A stretch of 52,984 nucleotides of DNA from an uncultured Nitrospiraceae bacterium (GTDB taxonomy: Bacteria > Hydrogenedentota > Hydrogenedentia > Hydrogenedentales > SLHB01). The stretch covers positions 1 through 52,984 of the forward strand of contig CAZBQH010000254.1 of the NCBI GenBank assembly GCA_964493915.1. Direction: 5' to 3'. A program made the translations under genes and the position numbers. This document shows, piece by piece, positions 1-8,390 of this stretch (positions within the stretch are counted from its first letter, which is position 1; each line of letters begins with the position of its first letter). The notes under the pieces were generated by a model. It was given only the letters and a program-made list of their open reading frames with translations. It had not been told where the DNA came from and made no database searches.

Positions 1-405
1 GGAAATGGCAAGGGCCTTGTGTCGATGGAAAAGACCGGTGGGAAAGCTCCGGATGCAGACGCCTCTGCAGGAAAGCCGCTCAGGACGGAGTTTATCGAAC
101 CGGCGTGGCAACGTGTCACCAGTCCCGATAAAGACGCTGACACCTTGCACCGGCGCGTCGACCACAGGGACGGCACAGCCTGTCGCACGTTTCCAGTAGG
201 TCTGGAACAAATCTCCCGCCTCGAACCGCCATTCAGCTCTGTCTTCGGGCAATACGATATGGAACGACGTGTACTCGTCAGCCGTAACCCACGGTTCATC
301 GGCAGAGCTGCGAGGGGCGAGGACAAGAGAGGTCACGATGATCGCCAACACAGCGGAAAAGGGCAAAACATGGATGAAGTCAACTTGCCGCCCGTGTGTT
401 GACAC
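1..405 (-). CDS. Secreted protein, 5' part only (runs off window); N-domain resembles DUF4838/GH67-type N-terminal domain
   Basis: Manual translation, absent from ORF track because no stop is in the window: GTG at 405, MSTHGRQVDFIHVLPFSAVLAIIVTSLVLAPRSSA-DEPW...FQTYWKRATG...VFIG, open to base 1; signal-peptide-like hydrophobic stretch. Family is a recalled resemblance. Confidence 0.6.
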   Translation of the reverse strand, partial: MSTHGRQVDFIHVLPFSAVLAIIVTSLVLAPRSSADEPWVTADEYTSFHIVLPEDRAEWRFEAGDLFQTYWKRATGCAVPVVDAPVQGVSVFIGTGDTLPRRFDKLRPERLSCRGVCIRSFPTGLFHRHKALAIS

Positions 406-501
406 CCAATGCTGGCAGGGTCGAAAGGGCAGGATTTTGGCAGCAACACTAGGGGCCTTCTGTGACATTCTCCTCCCTTTCCAATCCCCGAAGGACAACG
501 C

Positions 502-2247
502 TCAAGGGCCGATGCCGCCTTGCGCGTCTATAGCGCGCAAGGCGTCGCCGATCCATGCAAGAATCTGGGCTGAAGCATCCTGGACAGGCATAAGGCCCGA
601 TTCCTTTGTGTCGCGGCGTTTCCATTCGAAGAGGCCGTTGCGCAGGTTGCGCTCGGCCACGATGATGCAAAACGGTATGCCGAGCAGGTCTGCATCAGCG
701 AACTGAACACCCGGGCGCTCGTCGCGGTCGTCAAAGAGGACCTCGACGCCGGCGTTTTGCAGTTCGCTGTAAAGGGTATCGGCCGCGTTTTTCACCGCCT
801 CGTTCTTCAGCTTAAGCGCGTTAAGGTGCACCTGCCAAGGCGCAACCGAAATGGGCCACCGAGGCCCGAACTCGTCATGGTGCGCCTCCATGATTGAGCT
901 CATCAGGCGGCCGACGCCGATGCCGTAACAGCCCATGACAGGGGCATGGGATGCGCCCGACTCGTCGTTGTAAGTCATTCCCATCGCTTCGGTGTACTTG
1001 CTGCCAAGCTGGAAGATGTTCCCAACCTCGATGCCTCGGTTGAAAACGAGGGCTCCCTTCCCGTCAGGGCTTCCGTCGCCTTCCCGGGCCTCGACTACGT
1101 CCACCGTCTCGGTACCCGGGAGATCGCGTTCCAGATTGAAGTTCTTGTAGTGGTAGTCGACTTCGTTAGCGCCCGTGACAAGATTGTTCGACGCCTTCAC
1201 GGTATGGTCGACGACGATGCGCCACTTGCTCTGGTCGAGTCCCAAAGGCGATGCAAAACCCGGCTCAGCGCCCGCCGCCCGAATACGGGCTTCGGAGGCC
1301 GGTTCAGGGAATGTCTTTAAAATGCCAGCAAGCTTCGCCTCGTTTACGTCCCGATCGCCCCGGACTACAACCAACACGACTTTCCCCTCGGCATCGTGAT
1401 CGTAGAACACTGCCTTGGCCGTCTGACGCGTTTCAACTCCCAGGTAACCGGCGACCTCCTCGATGGTCTTGCAGTCAGGCGTGTGAACCTTCTCGAGGGG
1501 TTTGACTTCTTCAGGAAAAGCCTGCACGACGCCCTGTGCCACTTCGAGGTTGGCAGCATAGCCGCTTTGGTCGCTCATCACGATGGTGTCCTCTCCGACC
1601 TCTGTGAGCAGCACAAACTCATGCGCCACGCTGCCCCCCATCATGCCCGTGTCCGACTGAACGGCAACCACTTCAGGCACGCCCGTCCGGACGAAAATGC
1701 GCTGGTAGGCTTCGAAACACAGGCGATAGTAGCCTTCGAGGTCCTCGCGGGAAACGTGGAAGGAATAGGCATCTTTCATCGTGAACTCGCGGACGCGGAT
1801 GAGACCGCCGCGCGACCTCGGTTCATCTCGGAACTTGGTCTGGATCTGGTAAACCATAAACGGAAGCTGCGCATGGCTGCTTATCTCATTGCGGCAAAGG
1901 TGAACAACGGCCTCTTCATGGGTCATGGCAAGCACCATACCGTGGCCCGTGCGGTCGTTGAAGCGGGCAAGCTCGGGACCAACAGCAGCATACCGCCCCG
2001 ACTCGTCCCATAGCTCGCGGGGTTGAACCACGGGCATCAGAACTTCCTGGCCTCCGATGCGGTCCATCTCCTCGCGAATGATGCGCTCAATCTTCCGTAC
2101 AACGCGCAGCCCCGGCGGAAGAAGCGAGTAGATGCCGTTGGCTACCTGGCGCGCATAACCGCCCCGCAGTAGAAAGGCATGGCTGTTGAGCGCGGCCTCG
2201 GCCGGCCGCTCTTTGTATCGCATGCCCAGTAGTTGAGTCATTCGCAT
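502..2247 (-). CDS. proS: Prolyl-tRNA synthetase (bacterial type with INS editing domain)
   Basis: GIYSLLP, QIQTKFRDEPRSRGGLIRVREFTMKDAYSF, GIEVGNIFQLG, MGCYGIGVGR, anticodon domain DDRDERPG; start moved to MRMTQLLG (ATG 2247, GGAG upstream). Confidence 0.98.
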   Translation of the reverse strand: MRMTQLLGMRYKERPAEAALNSHAFLLRGGYARQVANGIYSLLPPGLRVVRKIERIIREEMDRIGGQEVLMPVVQPRELWDESGRYAAVGPELARFNDRTGHGMVLAMTHEEAVVHLCRNEISSHAQLPFMVYQIQTKFRDEPRSRGGLIRVREFTMKDAYSFHVSREDLEGYYRLCFEAYQRIFVRTGVPEVVAVQSDTGMMGGSVAHEFVLLTEVGEDTIVMSDQSGYAANLEVAQGVVQAFPEEVKPLEKVHTPDCKTIEEVAGYLGVETRQTAKAVFYDHDAEGKVVLVVVRGDRDVNEAKLAGILKTFPEPASEARIRAAGAEPGFASPLGLDQSKWRIVVDHTVKASNNLVTGANEVDYHYKNFNLERDLPGTETVDVVEAREGDGSPDGKGALVFNRGIEVGNIFQLGSKYTEAMGMTYNDESGASHAPVMGCYGIGVGRLMSSIMEAHHDEFGPRWPISVAPWQVHLNALKLKNEAVKNAADTLYSELQNAGVEVLFDDRDERPGVQFADADLLGIPFCIIVAERNLRNGLFEWKRRDTKESGLMPVQDASAQILAWIGDALRAIDAQGGIGP

Positions 2248-2310
2248 GAAAACGGATCTCCGCACACGTATCCCCCATGGCCAAGCGGTTGTTCAAACAA
2301 GTGCGGCGCG

Positions 2311-2340
2311 AGCATACCTTCCTCTGTCCCGAAAAGGCAA
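2311..2340 (-). promoter_or_regulatory. Putative sigma-70 promoter of proS
   Basis: TTGCCT-N18-TATGCT on minus strand. Confidence 0.45.
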
Positions 2341-2455
2341 CTGAGAAACGCTGAAAAAGGGAGAGCGAAGGGGTCGCACAAGGGTGATCTGACAGCCGGG
2401 AAGGGTGTGTAAGTCTTTTTGCAGCAACCGGTTGTTATACATTCTGATTACATGC

Positions 2456-2484
2456 TTGACACAGGTCTCTTCTTGTGCTATAAA
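2456..2484 (+). promoter_or_regulatory. Near-consensus sigma-70 promoter of the microprotein gene
   Basis: TTGACA(2456-2461)-N17-TATAAA(2479-2484) with extended -10 TG. Confidence 0.8.
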
Positions 2485-2563
2485 CCGCCCGTTTTGTCTT
2501 AGAGGCGTTTCGGAATCAATGAAGGCTAGACACCCTGCAAACGGAAAGGAGGTGACCTTCGGA

Positions 2564-2698
2564 ATGCGCTGCGCATTGTGCAATGAATACATCGAGCCCA
2601 TCGAGCTCGAACTGGGCGATGCCAAGATCGTAGACGGCGAATACTGGCATACTGATTGCTACGCCGAGTATTACGACGAGGAGCTCGCAGAAGCCTAA
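2564..2698 (+). CDS. 44-aa acidic microprotein, putative zinc finger (CxxC...HxxC)
   Basis: MRCALCNEYIEPIELELGDAKIVDGEYWHTDCYAEYYDEELAEA; RBS AAAGGAGGT about 10 nt upstream; own promoter. Confidence 0.8.
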   Translation: MRCALCNEYIEPIELELGDAKIVDGEYWHTDCYAEYYDEELAEA

Positions 2699-2893
2699 CG
2701 GCCCACACCGCCACCCGAACGCTTACACCTCAGGCGGACAGGCGCCCCGCCGGAGGTTTTCCCTCTCGAGGTTCTCCCTCCAGAATCATGCAGACCAGGA
2801 AACCTTTCCCTACCCGATGGGGATTGTCCCCAAGGAACTCAGGACCAAGGGACAGGGCAACGTCGTGCGTCGTCTTCCCATTCCATGAGACTC

Positions 2894-2922
2894 TGCATTT
2901 CCACTCTGCGTTTTGCTATACT
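2894..2922 (+). promoter_or_regulatory. Putative promoter of accA operon
   Basis: TGCATT-N17-TATACT with extended -10 TG; weak -35. Confidence 0.45.
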
Positions 2923-3059
2923 AAGTCGCTCTTGCGATAACCAACGAGCGTCCCTGCCCTTTGAAGTTTGCTGTGCGGCAGGAAATCGCGGGCTGACTTC
3001 ATGTTTTTCTGGAGCGTGGGCGGCGAACATTCGGAACACCCCTCGGGAGACCGGAGCAC

Positions 3060-4043
3060 TTGGCTGAGAATAAAAAGAGGTCGCGGCCTTTGCTTGAGCA
3101 GTGTTTGCCTTTCGAGCGACGGATTATCGAGCTTGAAGACCGCCTTGAACGGGCAGAAACAGACCCGGAACGGGAGACCATCCAGGTTGAACTGGACCGC
3201 GAACGGGAAGCCGTGTTCTCGAATCTGACGGCTTGGCAACGGGTGCAGTTGGCTCGGCATCCGCTCCGGCCGCGAATGCTCGATTACACTTCGCGTATCC
3301 TCGAGGACCTCTTTGAGCTGCACGGCGACCGTTACGCCGGCGACGACCCTGCAATGGTCTGCGGCTTGGGGCGCTTTCGTGGAAAGACGGTCATGGTCGT
3401 AGGCCAGCAGAAAGGCGTGACAACTGAAGAAAAGGTGACCCGCAATTTCGGCATGGCGCACCCCGAGGGTTACCGGAAGGCCTTGCGCATGTTCAAGCTC
3501 GCAGAGCGCATGAAGATTCCGGTGGTCACCTTTGTAGATACGCCTGCAGCCCATCCCGGCATCGAGGCCGAAGCACGCGGCCAAGGTCCGGCTATTGCTC
3601 AAAATCTCTACGAAATGATCCGCCTGAAGACCCCCATATTCTGCGCAGTTCTGGCGGAAGGAGGCAGCGGCGGCGCGCTTGGCATTGCCGTAGGCGACTG
3701 GATCGTGATGCTTGAACATGCGATCTATGTCATTTGTCCGCCCGAGCGATGTGCGGAGATTCTCTGGAGGGACGTCGAGAAGAAAGAGATGGCGGCTTCG
3801 GCCATGCGGGTGACGGCCCAGGACCTGCTGCGTCTCGGGGCAATCGACAAGGTGCTCGAGGAACCCCCGGGCGGCGCCCACCGCGATCCTGACGCTGTTG
3901 CAGCAACTCTTGCGGAGGAGTTGGACGTGTTCCTCTCCGACTGTGCTAAGGGCCGGTGGTCGCCCGAGAACCGTCAACGCAAGTTTCGCAAAATGGGAGT
4001 TTGGCGTGAAAATGGACGCCCCAAGACCTCTCCAGATTCGTGA
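3060..4043 (+). CDS. accA: Acetyl-CoA carboxylase carboxyltransferase alpha subunit
   Basis: LTAWQRVQLARHP, GDDPAMVCGLG, NFGMAHPEGYRKA, EGGSGGALGI. Confidence 0.97.
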   Translation: MAENKKRSRPLLEQCLPFERRIIELEDRLERAETDPERETIQVELDREREAVFSNLTAWQRVQLARHPLRPRMLDYTSRILEDLFELHGDRYAGDDPAMVCGLGRFRGKTVMVVGQQKGVTTEEKVTRNFGMAHPEGYRKALRMFKLAERMKIPVVTFVDTPAAHPGIEAEARGQGPAIAQNLYEMIRLKTPIFCAVLAEGGSGGALGIAVGDWIVMLEHAIYVICPPERCAEILWRDVEKKEMAASAMRVTAQDLLRLGAIDKVLEEPPGGAHRDPDAVAATLAEELDVFLSDCAKGRWSPENRQRKFRKMGVWRENGRPKTSPDS

Positions 4044-4326
4044 CGGGGTGGTCTATATGCATCTGAAGGTGCAGCCTAAGGCATCGCGAAATGCAGTTGC
4101 CTTCGGACCGGATGGGTCGATCCGGATAACGCTTACCGCCCCTCCGATGGAGGGAACGGCCAACCAGGCGCTGACCCTGTTTCTGGCAAAAACGTTGGGG
4201 GTGCCTAAGAGCGCCGTGACGCTGGTCAAAGGCCAGAAGTCGAGAAACAAGACCGTAACGATAAAAGATCTGACATTGGAAGAAGCGGAGAAGCGGCTCG
4301 GCTCGCAAGCTGTTCGGAGGATGTAA
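4012..4326 (+). CDS. yggU: DUF167/YggU family protein
   Basis: LKVQPKASRNAV, LTAPPMEGTANQAL, LVKGQKSRNK; start ATG 4012 (GTG 4006 possible). Confidence 0.88.
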   Translation: MDAPRPLQIRDGVVYMHLKVQPKASRNAVAFGPDGSIRITLTAPPMEGTANQALTLFLAKTLGVPKSAVTLVKGQKSRNKTVTIKDLTLEEAEKRLGSQAVRRM

Positions 4327-4336
4327 GGAACTATTC

Positions 4337-5164
4337 ATGTCGGAGCTGCGGCAAAGAATCAGCGAAGCGACAAACAGTATCAAAACCAAGTGCAGTTTTG
4401 AGCCTCACATAGGCGTCATCCTCGGGACAGGGCTGAATGCGCTGGCCGAGCGCATTGACATCAAAGAACGAATCAGCTACGAGCATATCGCCCACTTTCC
4501 TGAAGCGACTGTGAAAGGACACGAGGGCGGCCTGATCATGGGGGACCTCGCGGGGAAACCCGTAGTCGCAATGGCCGGCCGATTTCACGCCTATGAAGGT
4601 TACACCCTCGAGCAGGTAACGTTCCCGGTGCGCGTTGCGAAAGCTCTGGGCGTCCGCACGCTGGTGGTGTCTAACGCGGCGGGGGGTCTCAACCCGGATT
4701 TTAGAGCGGGCGATCTCATGTTGATTACGGATCACATCAATTTTATGGGAGACAACCCGCTTATTGGTCCGAACGACGACGAACTGGGTCCCCGCTTTCC
4801 CGATATGAGCGAGCCGTACTCTAAAGATCTGATCGAGCTGGCCGAAGCAGTTGCTCTCGAGAAGAGGATTCGCCTCCGGCGCGGGGTTTATCTGGCCTGT
4901 CCGGGGCCCTCGCTGGAAACACGGGCTGAGTACCGGATGATGCGCGCTTTCGGAGCAGACGCTGTGGGAATGAGCACGGTTCCCGAGGTGATTGTTGCCG
5001 TGCATGCCGGTCTGAAGGTGCTTGGCTTCTCCGCCATTACGGATGAATGCTTGCCTGATGCCCTCGAACCGGTCCACATTGAGAGAATCATTGCAACAGC
5101 AAATCGTATTGAACCCGTTCTTACGGAGATTATTGAGGCCGCCGTTGAAAGAATGCCTGACTGA
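4337..5164 (+). CDS. punA: Purine nucleoside phosphorylase (trimeric type)
   Basis: GVILGTGL, GRFHAYEGY, SNAAGGLN, GPSLETRAE, VGMSTVPE. Confidence 0.95.
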   Translation: MSELRQRISEATNSIKTKCSFEPHIGVILGTGLNALAERIDIKERISYEHIAHFPEATVKGHEGGLIMGDLAGKPVVAMAGRFHAYEGYTLEQVTFPVRVAKALGVRTLVVSNAAGGLNPDFRAGDLMLITDHINFMGDNPLIGPNDDELGPRFPDMSEPYSKDLIELAEAVALEKRIRLRRGVYLACPGPSLETRAEYRMMRAFGADAVGMSTVPEVIVAVHAGLKVLGFSAITDECLPDALEPVHIERIIATANRIEPVLTEIIEAAVERMPD

Positions 5165-5190
5165 CAACCCAAGCAAAGGGAAGGACTAGA

Positions 5191-6357
5191 TTGAACGCAC
5201 AGAAAAACAACCAGAAAGCCAGAGCGTACGAGGCGCCATCGCGCGGCGAGGAGGAAGACCGCCAGTCCAGCGCCGCAAAGCCTTCCCATATCTACGAGGC
5301 GGCTTTGGGCGGTCCTCTGATAGTCAGACTTATCCGCGCTCTTTTCGTCGTGGCATGCATCATTATGGGCGTATTGTGGGCCCACTACATTCTAAGCAGC
5401 TACAACGAAACGGCCGCCACGCCGCTTAACGCGCTTCCCTGGCAAATCCTGGGCGGGCTTGCCGGCTGCATCGCGGCGCTGCTGGTCCTGTTTCTGTTGC
5501 AGTTCATCAACCAGGAACTGTTCGAGCGCCTCTCCCCTGCCATGGTGGCTATCGTATTGGCCATGGTCATGGGCTATTTCATTGGGCGCTACATCGTCCA
5601 CTGGATCCCGGGCGCCGATCCCACCCTCCAGGTTTTCATCATTACGACGCTCGTTCTGCTTTTTGGCTTTGCCGGCATTTTTCTTGGGTTGACCCGGGCC
5701 TCGAATTGGGAGTCGCTCATCAAGGCGGTGCGCCATCGCAATTTCGAACACAGAGCCCCAAAACTGGTAGACACAAGCGTCATTATCGACGGCCGCATTA
5801 CCGACATTTGCCAGACTGGATTCATCGAAGGAACGCTGCTGATTCCCCGCTTTGTTCTCAAGGAACTGCAAAGCATCGCCGACTCTTCGGACGTGCTGCG
5901 GCGGGCGCGCGGGCCCCGCGGCCTCGACATCGTGCGGCAGCTTCAAGATGGACAAATGCCCGCCGCTGTCGAGGTAATCGATGACGACCCAACGGATGTC
6001 CAGGAAGTGGCCGGCAAACTTGCCAGCCTGGCGCGCGAGTTTGGGGCAAGCATCGTTACAAACGACCTCAACTTGAACAAGGTGGCCCAGATCGAGGGCG
6101 TAACCGTCCTGAACATCAACGACCTCGCCAATGCCCTTAAACCGGCCGTCTTACCGGATGAGCATATGGAGGTGAAGATCGTCAAGGAAGGCAAGGAAGC
6201 CCTGCAAGGCGTGGGTTACCTTGACGACGGGACCATGGTGGTGGTCGACGGCGGAAAGAGTTATGTGGGGCGTGACGTCAGCGTCGTCGTGACAAGCGTG
6301 CTGCAGACGACTGCCGGCCGCATGATCTTCACGAAGCTCGAGGGCATCCTCTCCTGA
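5191..6357 (+). CDS. yacL: Membrane-anchored PIN/TRAM domain protein (YacL-like)
   Basis: N-terminal TM helices; VDTSVIIDGRI, KELQ, VTNDLNLNKVA, GVGYLDDGTMVVVD, SVLQTTAGRMIF; classic position before ispD-ispF. Confidence 0.93.
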   Translation: MNAQKNNQKARAYEAPSRGEEEDRQSSAAKPSHIYEAALGGPLIVRLIRALFVVACIIMGVLWAHYILSSYNETAATPLNALPWQILGGLAGCIAALLVLFLLQFINQELFERLSPAMVAIVLAMVMGYFIGRYIVHWIPGADPTLQVFIITTLVLLFGFAGIFLGLTRASNWESLIKAVRHRNFEHRAPKLVDTSVIIDGRITDICQTGFIEGTLLIPRFVLKELQSIADSSDVLRRARGPRGLDIVRQLQDGQMPAAVEVIDDDPTDVQEVAGKLASLAREFGASIVTNDLNLNKVAQIEGVTVLNINDLANALKPAVLPDEHMEVKIVKEGKEALQGVGYLDDGTMVVVDGGKSYVGRDVSVVVTSVLQTTAGRMIFTKLEGILS

Positions 6358-6367
6358 TTAACCCAGC

Positions 6368-7078
6368 ATGCTGGACAGGCCATTGGCTTTAAGAACGCAA
6401 CTGCTGATAGCTGCCGCGGGACTTGGCAGACGGCTGGGCAGCCCCGATCCCAAAGCGCTCATCGACCTTGCGGGCCGCCCTATGATTATCCACACGCTCG
6501 ACCGATTCCGCCCCCTTGGTCTTACGGAAAGCGCCGTCGTGCTTTGCCCGGAAGGCGCCCGGCCGGCCTTCGAGAGAGTCCTCCGCCAGGCATACGCTTT
6601 CGCAGCGCTTACAATTATTGAAGGGGGCGCAGAACGGCAGGATTCAGTCGCCAAAGGACTCACGGCTCTGAGGAACGATACAGAGATTGTCGTTATTCAC
6701 GACGCAGCCCGCCCCTTTGTCGCGGCCGAGACCGTGGGGGCCGCAATTGAGGCGGCCGCACAAGACGGCGCAGCCACAGTCGCCATTCCGTCAGCCGACA
6801 CGATATTGGTTGCCGACGAGAACAGCTGTCTTCTGGACACGCCTGAACGCCAACGGCTCTGGGCTTGTCAAACGCCGCAGGTCTTTCGCGTTGAGGTCAT
6901 CCGCGAGGCTCATGAAAGCGCGAAGGTTCATGGGCGCTTATGCACCGACGATGCTACGTTGGTTCAGCGTGCCGGCAAACGAGTACGACTCGTCATGGGG
7001 ACCCGGCTGAACTTCAAAGTGACCACGCCCGCTGATTTGGCATTGGCCCGGCTGGTTGCCGAAGGACGGTTGGCATGA
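6368..7078 (+). CDS. ispD: 2-C-methyl-D-erythritol 4-phosphate cytidylyltransferase
   Basis: [49 protein letters not shown]. Confidence 0.96.
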   Translation: MLDRPLALRTQLLIAAAGLGRRLGSPDPKALIDLAGRPMIIHTLDRFRPLGLTESAVVLCPEGARPAFERVLRQAYAFAALTIIEGGAERQDSVAKGLTALRNDTEIVVIHDAARPFVAAETVGAAIEAAAQDGAATVAIPSADTILVADENSCLLDTPERQRLWACQTPQVFRVEVIREAHESAKVHGRLCTDDATLVQRAGKRVRLVMGTRLNFKVTTPADLALARLVAEGRLA

Positions 7079-7605
7079 TGCGTGTCGGTCTTGGCTACGA
7101 CCTGCATGTGCTGTCCGGTGGGCGCAAACTCATACTCGGCGGGGTCGAGATTCCTTATGAACAAGGCCTCATTGGACACAGCGACGCCGACGCCCTGGCC
7201 CACGCCGTTACGGACGCACTTTTCGGCGCTGCCGCGCTCGGCAATATCGGCCAGCATTTCCCCGACGACGACCCGCGTTACCGGGATGCTGACAGCATGG
7301 CCCTACTGAGGGAAGCTAAGAGCCTCGTCGGGGCGGCAGGATTCGAAGTGGTCAACCTGGATGCGAATATTGTTGCGGAACGTCCCAAATTGAACCCGTA
7401 CCTGGACCACATGCGACTACGCCTGGCGGAATGCCTGGGCATTGCGATGGAATCCGTTTCCGTCAAGGCAAAGACCAACGAGGGCGTGGGGCCCGAAGGA
7501 CGCGGCGAGGCGATCAGCGCCCAAGCCATCGTCCTGATTCGCAACAAACCCGTTTCGAGAGCGGAAGAGGATGACCCGAGACGACCTAGAAAAAGAGCGC
7601 GTTGA
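7075..7605 (+). CDS. ispF: 2-C-methyl-D-erythritol 2,4-cyclodiphosphate synthase
   Basis: [33 protein letters not shown]; ATGA overlap with ispD. Confidence 0.96.
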   Translation: MMRVGLGYDLHVLSGGRKLILGGVEIPYEQGLIGHSDADALAHAVTDALFGAAALGNIGQHFPDDDPRYRDADSMALLREAKSLVGAAGFEVVNLDANIVAERPKLNPYLDHMRLRLAECLGIAMESVSVKAKTNEGVGPEGRGEAISAQAIVLIRNKPVSRAEEDDPRRPRKRAR

Positions 7606-8359
7606 TTCGCTCGTACAGCGGCAGGCGCAGGTCAGCAGGTCCAAAGCCCAAGGTCTTATCCGAACGGGACATGTCTACGACGGCCAGGGCAACCGACTCG
7701 ACAAACCGGGGATGCGCTTGCCCTCGGCAGCCGTTCTTGATATTCGCCAAGAACGCCGGTTTGTGAGTCGAGGCGGGGAAAAACTCGAAGCCGCATTCAA
7801 GGCTTTCCCATGCAGACCCGCGGGCCGTATCGCGATTGACGTAGGCGCCTCGACCGGCGGGTTCACCGACTGCCTGCTCCAACACGGCGCCGCAAAGGTC
7901 TACGCCGTTGACGTTGGGTATGGGCAAATGGCCTGGCAAATACGGCAGGACACGCGGGTCGTCGTTATGGAACGCACCAATATACGCCGCGCAAGACCGG
8001 AACAGTTCGCCGAACCGCCTGATTTCTTTACGGTCGATTGCTCCTTCATTTCGCTCCGGCTTGTCATTCCTCCCCTCGCACAGATCCTTGCGCCTGAAGC
8101 GGAAGGCGTGGTCTTGATAAAACCCCAGTTTGAAGCCGGCAAAAAGCTTGTAAGCAAAGGCGGCGTCGTCAAGGATCCCGAAGTCCGTCAGAAGACGGTG
8201 CAGGAGGTAATCAAGGCCGCCCGCGTCCTTGGGTTTGAACCCTGCGGAGTGATACCATCGCCCTTGCTCGGCCCGGCCGGGAATGAGGAATTCCTGGCCT
8301 GGTTGCGGCGAGGGTTGCCCAGCGGTGCGGACAGTAACCGCCCATCGCGGAGGGAATGA
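7571..8359 (+). CDS. tlyA: TlyA family rRNA methyltransferase (S4 + FtsJ-like)
   Basis: [51 protein letters not shown]. Confidence 0.95.
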   Translation: MTRDDLEKERVDSLVQRQAQVSRSKAQGLIRTGHVYDGQGNRLDKPGMRLPSAAVLDIRQERRFVSRGGEKLEAAFKAFPCRPAGRIAIDVGASTGGFTDCLLQHGAAKVYAVDVGYGQMAWQIRQDTRVVVMERTNIRRARPEQFAEPPDFFTVDCSFISLRLVIPPLAQILAPEAEGVVLIKPQFEAGKKLVSKGGVVKDPEVRQKTVQEVIKAARVLGFEPCGVIPSPLLGPAGNEEFLAWLRRGLPSGADSNRPSRRE

Positions 8360-8390
8360 CAACCACCAGCAACTCCTGTTGTGGGAACCT

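Noticed and set aside
2248-2455. T-box or other aminoacyl-tRNA synthetase leader upstream of proS
   Set aside because: No T-box bulge (GGTGGNACC) or terminator; the predicted leader is only about 60 nt
2845-2863. Similarity of CCAAGGGACAGGGCAACGT to the minus strand near 21556-21572 (CCAAGACAGGGCACGT)
   Set aside because: Only an 8-9-nt exact core with gaps, two copies in different structural contexts; compatible with chance
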